Below are positions 1 through 8,976 of a DNA stretch of 21,576 bases, in pieces. Position 1 is the first letter of the stretch, and each line of letters starts with the position of its first letter. A program made the position numbers and the translations under genes. Origin of the DNA: an uncultured Roseivirgaceae bacterium (GTDB lineage Bacteria > Bacteroidota > Bacteroidia > Cytophagales > Cyclobacteriaceae); the NCBI GenBank assembly GCA_964592475.1, contig CAZQEZ010000076.1:1-21576 (forward strand). Direction: 5' to 3'. Below the pieces are notes generated by a model that saw nothing but the letters and a program-made list of their open reading frames with translations, made no database searches and was not told the origin of the DNA.

Positions 1-2
1 AT

Positions 3-514
3 GAATATATAAATAGAAGTAATTATGGTAAAGACTTTCAAGATGAACGTCTTAAATACTATAGAGATAGAAAAATAACTAATGCCAATAAAACCTATGA
101 GCAAATGAGGATGTTGATAAAAATAAATTAGAAGGCAAGGCTGTAGCAGCAGTATATCCCTCATTCAGATATACTGGTCAAACTGGATCTGGAGCATGGA
201 TTGGTAAAGTTTCCGCCTTTTTTAGGGCAACAAACTATAGAAAAGGTTTCTTTGGCTGGGGGAAAAAAAGGTCAACTTCAACTGCAATATGGGGATATGA
301 TGTCTCGTTTTATGTGTCAATAGGTTCTGGATATAGCAGAAATATTTCCTGTTTTAACTATAATGAGGGTGATGCTCAAGAAATTACATATTATATTTAT
401 AGATCTAATTATATTTATTGGCCAACTTATCCTAATTATAACATGACTTTACATTATGATGTGGTCACTTTCAGATGTAGAGGAAATGTTACATGCGATA
501 TAATGAATCCTTAG
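3..514 (+). pseudogene. 3' portion of a gene that starts upstream of the window. Frame 3 is open from the window start to TAG at 129-131. Frame 2 is open from 101 to 514 with no ATG before GTG at 314, so the gene appears frameshifted near 100-131. The C-terminal region is Asn/Tyr/Gly-rich and belongs to no family I recognise.
   Basis: Manual translation. Frame 3 reads ...NYGKDFQDERLKYYRDRKITNANKTYEQMRMLIKIN*. Frame 2 reads ...KLEGKAVAAVYPSFRYTGQTGSGAWIGKVSAFFRATNYRKGFFGWGKK...CDIMNP*. The two open frames overlap over about 30 nt. Confidence 0.35.
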
Positions 515-552
515 TAATTGTAAATAAAATTGAAAAAGCAAGTTAATAAAAT

Positions 553-597
553 AGCCGCTTACATAATAATGTCAAGCGGCTATTTCTTCATTTCTTG
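553..597 (+). terminator. Hairpin AGCCGCTT(13-nt loop)AAGCGGCT followed by a T-rich tract. Candidate intrinsic terminator for the upstream gene.
   Basis: Perfect 8-bp inverted repeat at 553-560 and 574-581, then ATTTCTTCATTTCTTG. It lies 39 nt after the stop at 514. The listed ORF 530..742 would contain this hairpin in its first codons, so that ORF is probably spurious. Confidence 0.4.
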
Positions 598-931
598 CAG
601 TTATACAATTGATTATCCGTATGAATCATCTTTAAATAAGTTGGTGGTTAATTGCATCTTATATCCTGATTCAACAGTTAATTTATCTCTTACGCGTCCA
701 AATACCTATCCTTTTTATTTGAAACTTGTTATCAACCTTTAAAACAAAATCAATATATAAACGAAATAGTAACCCGGTTATCATCTTTACAGCAAAGTGA
801 AAGTTATTGGATCTATTTTTTATCTGATGATTATGATTATTATAGAAGAAAAGAAAATGGATACTATTACGGGCCCAAAAGTGGCCCATTTATTGAGTAT
901 CCTAATTCCTACGATAGAATTTTTGATGATT

Positions 932-1408
932 TTAACACATTATTTTCTGAAGATGGATCATTGGAGTATGAAAATATTTTGAGATTACCCAATTTAGAAT
1001 TTGAGTTTTATAATTTTGGAGTATTTTCGAACAATTCTGGCTCATGGCCCAATGGTCAAGAAAGAGGTGATTGGCAAAAAGATAAATTTCAGATGATCGT
1101 TGTGAAGGCTTCAGAGGAGGCCGATGTTTAGTAGCCGTACTGGTATCAATACCATCTTTCACACTAATAAATTCCACGCCTTTATCCCGGAAAAATGATA
1201 CAAGTTCTATTATATCTTTAAGGGACAGGCCCAATCGATCCTGTTTCCAAACCACCATCGTATCTCCCTTCCGTAATTGGGCAATCATTTTCTCTAGCTC
1301 CGGACGCGCTTTGCTTTGGATCTTTGGCGGGTGATGACCAAAAAACTGACTAACTATAAAATCACACCCAAAGATTCTATTAATACGTGATAACCGGCCA
1401 AACGCCAT
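932..1408 (-). pseudogene. Remnant of a serine recombinase (resolvase/invertase family). The N-terminal ~25 residues that carry the catalytic Ser are missing. The C-terminal half after ...GIDTST is out of frame or degraded.
   Basis: ...INRIFGCDFIVSQ...ARPELEKMIAQLRKGDTMVVWKQDRLGLSLKDIIELVSFFRDKGVEFISVKDGIDTST aligns with the resolvase catalytic-domain core (NRIF..., RP.L..LL..L..GD.LVV..LDRLGRS..D........GV.F.SL.E.IDT.T). There is no (I/L)GYARVST motif. Downstream sequence does not continue into the E-helix or HTH. Confidence 0.7.
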
Positions 1409-1414
1409 ATTCCA

Positions 1415-1633
1415 TTATAAAAAAGTCGATAATGCCTTGAAATTCGTATCGGCAAAGTAGATATATATTTTTATTTCTGCCGGTTCGTTGTTTGTATTTA
1501 AAATACAAGCTGTGCCATGGCTGGTAAATTCAAGCTCTTTACCTGTTCCATAAGTAGGAATATATCCCTCAGCTATTGCCCATTTTCTTTTACCTATTGC
1601 TTCCATCTTTGCTATGCCAGGTAAATGTGCCAT
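1415..1633 (-). CDS. Hypothetical 72-aa ORF. It is in the same frame as the resolvase remnant and separated from it by a single stop codon. The start ATG is directly preceded by the perfect palindrome CCGATTCTTCAGAATCGG (1634-1651).
   Basis: ORF track plus manual frame check (both 1633 and 1408 are frame 1 on the minus strand). I recognise no family. Confidence 0.3.
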   Translation of the reverse strand: MAHLPGIAKMEAIGKRKWAIAEGYIPTYGTGKELEFTSHGTACILNTNNEPAEIKIYIYFADTNFKALSTFL

Positions 1634-1717
1634 CCGATTCTTCAGAATCGGTTGGCACAGTATATACTTTCACCTTAATAGTAGATATTGGACATTGCAT
1701 TATTCAGGTGCTACAAG

Positions 1718-3502
1718 TTAATGTGGTAAAAAGCTTTCCAATGTGTCTTTAAAAGACTGTTTAATGATACCTTTTTCATCAGGATCTCCTTTAAACAATG
1801 CTTTTAAATAAGCCTTTGCCTGATCAAATTTAATATGTGGTGGCAATGGTGGCACATCAGGATCAACTAGTGCATCTATAATTATGGGTTTGTCTGTACG
1901 CAAAGCTTCTTCCCAGGCGGGCTTGATATCCTCCGGTTTCTCCATCCGAATACCATTCAACCCCAAATTTTTGGCATACTCGGCATAGTTAAATTTTGGA
2001 AGATTTTGAGATCCTTCAAATTTAGGATCTCCTGAAAGTACTCTTTGTTCCCAGGTTACCTGGTTGAGGTCATTATTATTCAACACCAAAATAATTAAGC
2101 GTGGGTCAGACCACTCGCGCCAATATTTTTCTATAGTTATTATTTCGTTTATTCCATTCATTTGCATGGCACCATCACCTACCATTGCAATTACTGGGCG
2201 TTCCGGATAAGCAAATTTAGCTGCAATAGCATATGGAACACCCGGTCCCATAGTTGCTAAATTACCCGACAACGAAGACATCATACTTCTTTTTACTTTC
2301 AAATCACGGGCAAACCAGTTGGCGGCAGATCCGGAATCGGCACTCAAAATCACATTCTCTGGAAGAAGAGGTGAAAGCTCCCAAAACACTCTTTGAGGAT
2401 TAATGGGATCTGCACTATTCATAGCACGAGCTTCTAATACTTTCCACCATTCTTTAATGTCATCTTCTATGCTTTCAGCCCAGTCGCGGTCATCTTTTCT
2501 TTGCAGCATTGGTAGCAAAGCCTCCAGGGTTTCTTTACTATCACCTACCAGGTTAAGCTCGGTTGGATACCTTATGCCCAGCATTTTTCCATCAATATCA
2601 ATTTGAATGGCTCTGGCATCGCCTTCTTTTGGCAACCATTCTGAATAAGGAAAACTGGTACCTACCATTAATAAAGTATCGCAATTTTTCATAAGCTTGT
2701 AAGATGGCTTTGTACCCAATAAACCGATTGCCCCTGTTACAAAAGGCAAATCATCGTCCACTACTGATTTACCCAGCAATGCTTTTGCCACACCTGCTCC
2801 CAGTTTCTCGGCCACTTGTATTACTTCATCAGTAGCACCCAGAGCACCGGCACCTACCAGCATGGCTACTTTTTTACCTTTGTTTAATATATCAGCTGCT
2901 TTTTGAAGGTCGTCATTTTTGGGAATTACCCGAGGTGAAGAAAAACCCATGCCGGAATGTATAGTACCATGTTCCCGAGCTGGCTTGGTTACTTCATCCA
3001 TTTCAGCTATATCATTTGGTATTATCACGCATGTAACTGTTCTTTGGGCTTTTGCAATGCGAATGGCACGATCTATAAGGTGCCTAATTTGAGAAGGTTC
3101 CGTAGCCATGTGCACGTATTCATGTGCAACATCTTTAAAGAGGGAAACAAGGTCAATTTCTTGTTGGTATGAACCACCCAATGCAGCCCTTTTCTGTTGG
3201 CCAACAATGGCCACTACCGGCTGATGATCCATTTTTGCATCGTACAATCCATTAAGTAAATGTACGGCGCCTGGCCCCGAGGTTGCTAAACAAATACCCA
3301 CTTCGCCAGAAAACTTAGCATGTGCGCAGGCCATAAATGCAGACATCTCTTCATGTCGCACTTGAATAAAGTCCATTATATCTTTATTCCTATCCAAAGC
3401 CCCTAAAATTCCGTTGATACCATCGCCTGGATAGCCAAATATTCGATTGATTCCCCAGTCAGAAATCCGTTTGAGTAAAAAATCACTTACTGTCTTAGCC
3501 AT
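1718..3502 (-). CDS. poxB: Thiamine-diphosphate-dependent pyruvate oxidase / pyruvate dehydrogenase (quinone), PoxB family.
   Basis: 594 aa. The N-terminus INRIFGYPGDGINGIL...RHEEMSAFMACAHAKFSGEVGICLATSGPGAVHLLNGLYDA is a TPP-enzyme N-terminal domain. GDGAMQMN is the TPP-binding motif. The C-terminal PPHIKFDQAKAY... resembles the E. coli PoxB membrane-binding tail PPQIKLEQAKGF. Confidence 0.8.
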   Translation of the reverse strand: MAKTVSDFLLKRISDWGINRIFGYPGDGINGILGALDRNKDIMDFIQVRHEEMSAFMACAHAKFSGEVGICLATSGPGAVHLLNGLYDAKMDHQPVVAIVGQQKRAALGGSYQQEIDLVSLFKDVAHEYVHMATEPSQIRHLIDRAIRIAKAQRTVTCVIIPNDIAEMDEVTKPAREHGTIHSGMGFSSPRVIPKNDDLQKAADILNKGKKVAMLVGAGALGATDEVIQVAEKLGAGVAKALLGKSVVDDDLPFVTGAIGLLGTKPSYKLMKNCDTLLMVGTSFPYSEWLPKEGDARAIQIDIDGKMLGIRYPTELNLVGDSKETLEALLPMLQRKDDRDWAESIEDDIKEWWKVLEARAMNSADPINPQRVFWELSPLLPENVILSADSGSAANWFARDLKVKRSMMSSLSGNLATMGPGVPYAIAAKFAYPERPVIAMVGDGAMQMNGINEIITIEKYWREWSDPRLIILVLNNNDLNQVTWEQRVLSGDPKFEGSQNLPKFNYAEYAKNLGLNGIRMEKPEDIKPAWEEALRTDKPIIIDALVDPDVPPLPPHIKFDQAKAYLKALFKGDPDEKGIIKQSFKDTLESFLPH

Positions 3503-3685
3503 ATTAAAAAAATGTTTTTCTTGTAAAAAAAGTCTACTAAAAAATTTAACTGGTCACATTGCTTTTGGTTTAAGGAGGATATAATACAATTTGACGCACA
3601 TAAAATTAAAATTTGTTTAAGTTAGCGGTTACAATGCCTTTACGGAAAGTAAATTATTTGCTCATTAAATTATTAAGTTGGTGAT

Positions 3686-3712
3686 TATTTTTGTAATAAA
3701 GTCGTATATTTG
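3686..3712 (+). promoter_or_regulatory. Two Bacteroidota-type -7 boxes (TATTTTTG at 3686-3693 and TATATTTG at 3705-3712) upstream of the desaturase gene.
   Basis: Both match the TAnnTTTG consensus. They sit in the divergent intergenic region 3503-3766. Confidence 0.3.
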
Positions 3713-3766
3713 TAGCTAGAGTTACAGTTTGTACTGAAATAAAGAAATAAATTAATAATAAGAGAT

Positions 3767-4378
3767 ATGGATAATTCATCATCTAAAAATGCTGGTAGTT
3801 TATTTAAAAACCCAATTTTAGAAAAGTTGACCCGCACACACATTTCTATTCCTATCACCATTTTAACTGGCGCAGCTATTGGATTGATTATCTATGGCTT
3901 ATATCACAGTTTAGTGGATGCGTTAGAAGTTGCATTATTGTCAGTTGCAGGTTTATTTGTATTCACTCTTACAGAGTACCTGATGCATCGATATTTGTAT
4001 CATATCGAGCCTTCTACCGATTCAAGAAAAAAATTGCAATACACTATTCATGGGGTACATCATGATTATCCTAATGATAAAGAGCGACTGGCCATGCCGC
4101 CGATTTTAAGCGCCATTTTAGCGGTAATTGTATTCTCATTGTTTTACCTTATTATGGGTAATTTTGCTTATGGATTTACCCCCGGATTTTTTGTGGGATA
4201 TTCGTCTTACTTGTTTATCCACTATTCAGTTCATGCTTTTTCTCCTCCCAAAAATTTCCTTAAAGAATTATGGTTGCACCATAGTATTCATCACTATAAG
4301 GATCAGGAGAGAGCATTTGGTGTATCGTCTCCTTTGTGGGATTATATATTCAAAACAATGCCAGCCAGGAAAAAATAG
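3767..4378 (+). CDS. Fatty acid hydroxylase / sterol desaturase superfamily membrane protein.
   Basis: 203 aa with three His boxes (HRYLYH, HGVHHDYP, HHSIHHY) and several hydrophobic segments. Confidence 0.8.
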   Translation: MDNSSSKNAGSLFKNPILEKLTRTHISIPITILTGAAIGLIIYGLYHSLVDALEVALLSVAGLFVFTLTEYLMHRYLYHIEPSTDSRKKLQYTIHGVHHDYPNDKERLAMPPILSAILAVIVFSLFYLIMGNFAYGFTPGFFVGYSSYLFIHYSVHAFSPPKNFLKELWLHHSIHHYKDQERAFGVSSPLWDYIFKTMPARKK

Positions 4379-4464
4379 TTACAAATTGTAATAACTTTAA
4401 AAGTGGATTTAACTTGTAGACATTGTTTGCAGGCTTTTTTATACTTCAACTAATTCTGAGCTTG

Positions 4465-4488
4465 AGGATAAATTCCTCTGGTTTTTGT
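4465..4488 (+). terminator. Weak hairpin GAGGA-TAAAT-TCCTC followed by TGGTTTTTG, between convergent genes.
   Basis: 5-bp stem plus a T-run, so the evidence is marginal. Confidence 0.25.
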
Positions 4489-4553
4489 AGAGGGAATCTC
4501 AATTATCATTTCCCGCGAAATCTTGTGCAAAGCCGAATAATGGTTGGTCAGGT

Positions 4554-5189
4554 TTATTGATTATTGTTATTTGGCTGATTAGTTTCTTTCTCTTCTTTCT
4601 CTTCTTGCTCTACCTCCACTACTTCCTCTTCTTTCGTTTCTTCCGTGAGGTTATCTTGGTCTTTATTCTTTTTACCGAAAGGCCACCAGCTTCTTTTCTT
4701 TTTCTTTTCTTCTACAGGCTCCTCAGCGGCAGCGGGTTCGTCCGTTGCGGTTATATCACCAGGATCTTTATACTCAAAATAAGGATCCATGGCTAACATG
4801 TAAAGCTTTTGATCACGGTTATATTTAAATTTGTTTTTGTAAGATTGGTCAAATAGCGTATCTATGGAAGCTGAATCCATTTCAGCAACATTATTTTCGG
4901 CCAGTAATAGTGAGTCTTTGGGAGGAGGAAATATAGTTTTCATTTTAACTGTGTTCATAGACTCCTTCTTTTTTTTGTACTTCACTTTTACAATGATACC
5001 GTATTTGTTTTTATTCACCGTTACATCACTTTTTGGAATTGAATCTTCACCAAACAATGAAAAAAAATCTTCTGTTTTTTCTTTGTCGAGGTAAAAAGCA
5101 CTTTGATAGGCAGGGCATACCACTTTTCTTTGACATGAAAATATTGTCAGAACTAATACCAATGTAATACCCAAAATTTTATTCATCAA
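4554..5189 (-). CDS. Lipoprotein of unknown function with a highly charged Glu/Lys-rich C-terminal tail.
   Basis: Signal peptide and lipobox (LTIFSC). The C-terminus reads EEPVEEKKKKRSWWPFGKKNKDQD...EEEVVEVEQEEKEEKETNQPNNNNQ. Confidence 0.6.
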   Translation of the reverse strand: MMNKILGITLVLVLTIFSCQRKVVCPAYQSAFYLDKEKTEDFFSLFGEDSIPKSDVTVNKNKYGIIVKVKYKKKKESMNTVKMKTIFPPPKDSLLLAENNVAEMDSASIDTLFDQSYKNKFKYNRDQKLYMLAMDPYFEYKDPGDITATDEPAAAEEPVEEKKKKRSWWPFGKKNKDQDNLTEETKEEEVVEVEQEEKEEKETNQPNNNNQ

Positions 5190-5220
5190 AAATCAGCAAT
5201 TAAGCAGCAACTAATTTCAA

Positions 5221-5228
5221 CAAAATTA
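5221..5228 (-). promoter_or_regulatory. Candidate -7 box for the lipoprotein gene, about 32 nt upstream of its ATG (TAATTTTG on the minus strand, read as CAAAATTA on the plus strand).
   Basis: Matches TAnnTTTG. A motif match is the only evidence. Confidence 0.25.
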
Positions 5229-5555
5229 AACAGTAAAAATACGCTTTACAACCTTACAAGTATAAATGATGATCATGGTTTTTAATTGAAGGCGTGATTC
5301 TTAACTTTGTTTTGAACTTGCAAACCATTATTTGTAATTAAATAGTAAAATATTACCTGCTTTTATCTAAGAATCAATTACTTACACGAAAGTAAACTTA
5401 GCATACATACATTAATACGCTTTTTTATACAAATACGTATAACCTAAATCCATTAAATTTCTATGGTGTAAGATAATCAGTTAATATGTTACTTTTAAAA
5501 GTTTTAATGAGGCGTATTGTTTATTGATAATTTACAATTTATACGACAAATAATA

Positions 5556-5900
5556 CTATGGTAACCTTTTCGATTTAGGAATACTTTGCTTCACCAAATC
5601 ATATGAATGGTCAACTAATTCTAATAAAGTTTTGTCGTTCAGCTGCTTATTGATCAAAATGGTGTTCCAATGCTTTTTATTCATGTGGTAACCCGGTAAA
5701 ACAGTTGCTACATATTTTTCCCTTAATTGAACTGCTTTGTCAGGGTCACATTTTAAATTGATGGAAACAAAATTATCCAAACTACAAAGAGCAAAAATTT
5801 TATTATAAACTTTAAAAGCCAGCGTGTCATTATCAAATGGTAATGTTTCTTCACTTCCTGGCTTTTTCAAACAGTATTCTCTAAATATTTCAATATTCAA
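5556..5900 (-). CDS. MmcQ/YjbR family DNA-binding protein.
   Basis: 114 aa. KKPGSEETLPFDNDTLAFKV..KIFALCSLD....INLKCDP......REKY..V.PGYHMNKKHWNT matches the family signature. Confidence 0.75.
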   Translation of the reverse strand: MNIEIFREYCLKKPGSEETLPFDNDTLAFKVYNKIFALCSLDNFVSINLKCDPDKAVQLREKYVATVLPGYHMNKKHWNTILINKQLNDKTLLELVDHSYDLVKQSIPKSKRLP

Positions 5901-6098
5901 TTAGAATATATTTTTAATCAACAGGAAAATAATTCCAGCCAAAAACATAATGATTGATATCTTATTGATGCCGTGCATCATTCTTAAGTTGAAATTTGAA
6001 GGTCTATTAGGATCTTTTTTTCGAAAAAAATACCCAAAAAATTCTCCTAGCCTGAAATATTCTTTTATAGCACTTTCTGAATTATTTTTATTACTCAT
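5901..6098 (-). CDS. Small hypothetical membrane protein (65 aa from the internal Met) with a C-terminal transmembrane helix. It is packed tightly between ispG and mmcQ.
   Basis: The ORF 5901..6140 overlaps the ispG C-terminus, so the start is more likely MSNKNN at 6098. Its stop abuts the mmcQ start codon. Confidence 0.35.
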   Translation of the reverse strand: MSNKNNSESAIKEYFRLGEFFGYFFRKKDPNRPSNFNLRMMHGINKISIIMFLAGIIFLLIKNIF

Positions 6099-6103
6099 AT
6101 TTT

Positions 6104-8110
6104 TTAATTTACAGATTCTACATTTTCCGGCGCTGTCCATCTACCATCATCTCTGATGATTTCAATCAATTCATCTACAGCATTTTCTGATGGCACGGAG
6201 CGTTTTACAACTTCTTTGCCCTTGTATAAAGTTATTTTACCTTTTCCCGAGCCAACATAACCGTAGTCAGCATCAGCCATTTCGCCGGGGCCATTAACGA
6301 TACATCCCATGATGCCAATTTTAACTCCTTTGAGGTGGTCGGTTCTTTTTCTAATCATGGCAGTTGTTTCTTGCAGATCAAATAAGGTTCTGCCACAAGA
6401 GGGGCAACTGATGTATTCTGTTTTACTTATTCTGGTACGGCTTGCCTGAAGTATACCAAAGCAAACGCTATTGTATTGTTTGACTTTAGCTATACGGGCT
6501 TCTTTTTCCTGAATAGGGTTTTTTTCAAAACTGAGCATAACACCATCCCCAAATCCATCAATTAGCAGCCCTCCTATATCAGTTGACGCAAATATCATTA
6601 ATTCATCTTCTGTTACCGATCCAAACTTTCGCATAACGATAACAGGAATGCTGCAAGATGCTTGCATTAAAGCAAAAAACACACGGCGTAAATCAGCCAT
6701 GGCGTGTGCATTATCAGTGTCAAGCAACAATACCAAATCTTTTCTCGCTTTTATGTGTTCTATAAATCCGACATCTACCTGAGTGGTTTTGACTTTAATA
6801 AAATTGATTTGCGCATGTTTAGGTATTGTTGTGTTGTTAAAATTATCAACATCCCACAATGGTATTTTATTTGTTTTATCAGTATAGTCCAGCCAGGTAT
6901 CCCAATCCATGATTTCTTTTAATCCATTGGGAAGCATGAATGGCACTGGTTTTTTGCCACTATAAATGAAATCAACACCCAGGTCATTCATTTTCCATTT
7001 GTCCAGTTCCGGTAAATAAAAATGACCGATAGCTTTTAAATCTTTATCCACCAATCCATCAATATTGCTGTAATCAGCAATAACTCGTGGTACATTTTGC
7101 TCGCCTATATTAAAAACCTCATGAGTTTTTCTCCTCTCATAATTAAAAGGGTCTATAGGTATTTCTTCAAGTGCCATAATTGGTTGATGTTGTTCACGGC
7201 CTTCATATCTATCAACCATTATTTTAGCCACTGGGGCTTCTACCTCAGGCTCTTCGGTGAGTGAAACGCGCACAGTATCGCCCAAGCCATCTTCCAGTAG
7301 CGTACCAATTCCTACTGCTGATTTTATACGTCCATCCTCAGCTTCTCCAGCTTCAGTTACACCCAGGTGTAGTGGGTAAGGCTGCAAGCCTTCTTCGTCT
7401 ATTTTATTTACTAATAAACGATAAGCCTGTACCATTACTTGTGGATTACTGGATTTCATGCTAAGTACTACATCGTAATATTTATGGTCTTCACAAATGC
7501 GCAAAAATTCTAGTGCCGACTCTACCATTCCGATAGGAGTATCTCCATAACGGCTCATGATTCGATCAGATAATGAACCATGGTTGGTACCAATGCGCAT
7601 GGCTGTACCGTATTCTTTGCAAATTTTTACCAATGGTGTAAACTTCTCTCTGATCCTTTCTAGTTCAGCCTGGTATTGCTCGTCTGTATATTCAATTACT
7701 TCAAATTTTTTCTTGTCCGCGTAATTACCGGGATTGACTCTTACTTTCTCTACAATACGGGCAGCTAATTCGGCAGCATTGGGTGTGAAATGTATGTCGG
7801 CTATCAAAGGAACATCATAGCCCCGGGCATGAAGTTCTTTTTTTATGTTATCCAGGTTTTTGGCTTCATTCACACTTGGGGCGGTTATGCGTACATATTC
7901 GCATCCGGCATCTACCATGCGAATCGTTTGTTCCACACTTCCCATGGTGTCCATGGTGTCTACCGTGGTCATCGATTGCACCCTGATAGGATTATCGCCA
8001 CCTAAAGGTATATCACCTATGTAAACTTCACGGGTCTTGCGCCGGCTGTATTTTACCAGGCTGTTACAGTATTTTTTAAATGCGCCTACGGCTGAAGCTG
8101 AATATTCCAT
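6104..8110 (-). CDS. ispG: 4-hydroxy-3-methylbut-2-enyl diphosphate synthase IspG/GcpE, long form with an inserted domain.
   Basis: 668 aa. The N-terminal TIM-barrel region matches (IGDIPLGGDNPIRVQSMTTVDT, LIADIHF). The C-terminus carries the 4Fe-4S Cys residues (CPSCGRT...GCIVNGPGE). A large central insert is present, as in Bacteroidota, Chlamydiae and plant enzymes. Confidence 0.95.
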   Translation of the reverse strand: MEYSASAVGAFKKYCNSLVKYSRRKTREVYIGDIPLGGDNPIRVQSMTTVDTMDTMGSVEQTIRMVDAGCEYVRITAPSVNEAKNLDNIKKELHARGYDVPLIADIHFTPNAAELAARIVEKVRVNPGNYADKKKFEVIEYTDEQYQAELERIREKFTPLVKICKEYGTAMRIGTNHGSLSDRIMSRYGDTPIGMVESALEFLRICEDHKYYDVVLSMKSSNPQVMVQAYRLLVNKIDEEGLQPYPLHLGVTEAGEAEDGRIKSAVGIGTLLEDGLGDTVRVSLTEEPEVEAPVAKIMVDRYEGREQHQPIMALEEIPIDPFNYERRKTHEVFNIGEQNVPRVIADYSNIDGLVDKDLKAIGHFYLPELDKWKMNDLGVDFIYSGKKPVPFMLPNGLKEIMDWDTWLDYTDKTNKIPLWDVDNFNNTTIPKHAQINFIKVKTTQVDVGFIEHIKARKDLVLLLDTDNAHAMADLRRVFFALMQASCSIPVIVMRKFGSVTEDELMIFASTDIGGLLIDGFGDGVMLSFEKNPIQEKEARIAKVKQYNSVCFGILQASRTRISKTEYISCPSCGRTLFDLQETTAMIRKRTDHLKGVKIGIMGCIVNGPGEMADADYGYVGSGKGKITLYKGKEVVKRSVPSENAVDELIEIIRDDGRWTAPENVESVN

Positions 8111-8458
8111 TATAATATTTTTTTCGCAATTGTAACGATGGATATAATTAAAATGTTCTTATTTTTGCAAAATTGATACGAATGATTGATTTACCTATCT
8201 CATGTTCAGATTTTTTTTCTCTTTTATTCATCATATAAATCAAATGCTGCTCCCCACTTACAGCAGAAAACCACTCAAAAAACTTTCATTTTTTGACAAA
8301 ATAGTCATATATTGGAAGTATTTTATTGCAAAAAATTCGCTACGCTAGCCGCCAGTAGAACATAGAAGCCCTTTAAAAATATAAAAACATAATATTCAGC
8401 TAATAATTTTTATAAGGTAATATGTAAAATAATTATAGTTTAGGTTGCAACCTATCTT

Positions 8459-8466
8459 TATTTTTG
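8459..8466 (+). promoter_or_regulatory. Candidate -7 box TATTTTTG, 38 nt upstream of the FtsX-remnant ATG. A perfect 10-bp palindrome GGTTGCAACC (8442-8451) lies immediately upstream.
   Basis: Matches the TAnnTTTG consensus. Confidence 0.3.
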
Positions 8467-8503
8467 GTCATCTTTATAAGTATAATCATACAATCCTTAT
8501 ACA

Positions 8504-8976
8504 ATGCTTAAAAATTTTCTTACCGTCGCCATACGTAACATTCTCAAGCAAAAATTCTAGGCCTTTGCTACTGCTCATGAGCTGGGATGGGAAGTCCTGT
8601 GAATGAAGAGCTATGGTTATTCAATAAAGAAACACCTAAAATGCTTAAAGTTATCGGTGTGTTGAAAGATTATAATTTCGAGTCTCTACGTGATGATATA
8701 CGACCAATGATTATTAGGCTAACACCTCGTATCAGTAATTTAATTGTTCGTTTCAATACGGAAAATCCCCAGCAAGCAATCAATTTAATAGAAGCAAAAT
8801 GGAATAAGGTAGTAGCCAATGAACCTTTTGACTTCGATTTTTTAAATCAGAAATTTGATTCCCTTTACCAGTCTGAGCAGCGGATAGGCACTTTATTTAC
8901 CACCTTCACCATCATGGCAATAGTCATAGCCTCTCTCTTGGTTTACCGGGGTTGTCAGCTTCTTGTGAGTTTTTGA
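8504..8976 (+). pseudogene. FtsX-like ABC transporter permease remnant. The N-terminal 18 codons are intact and then hit a stop. Most of the periplasmic domain is missing. A 130-aa internal fragment (end of the periplasmic domain plus the start of the next TM helix) follows, and the gene is then truncated.
   Basis: 8504-8560 translates to MLKNFLTVAIRNILKQKF*, a typical FtsX permease N-terminus. The frame-1 ORF 8581-8976 reads ...ISNLIVRFNTENPQQAINLIEAKWNKVVANEPFDFDFLNQKFDSLYQSEQRIGTLFTTFTIMAIVIASL, the conserved segment preceding an FtsX-domain TM helix. It diverges after IASL. Confidence 0.55.

Noticed and set aside
101-131. Programmed -1 ribosomal frameshift joining the frame-3 and frame-2 ORFs at the window start.
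   Set aside because: There is no canonical slippery heptamer or downstream stimulatory structure. Other pseudogenes in the window make a mutational frameshift or a sequencing error more likely.
530-742. 70-aa plus-strand ORF with a lipoprotein-like Cys.
   Set aside because: Its first codons consist of the 8-bp hairpin and T-tract that look like the terminator of the upstream gene. The region is AT-rich with poor coding character.
1415-1633. I considered that this ORF downstream of the TPP enzyme might be a truncated alpha-acetolactate decarboxylase (alsSD-like operon).
   Set aside because: The TPP enzyme is PoxB-like, not AlsS. The ORF lacks the ALDC GYH.HFI/GGHV motifs, and the similarity was only superficial.
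6104-8110. The ~300-aa extra domain in IspG as a possible novelty.
   Set aside because: The long two-insert form of IspG/GcpE is a known feature of Bacteroidota, Chlamydiae and plastid enzymes.
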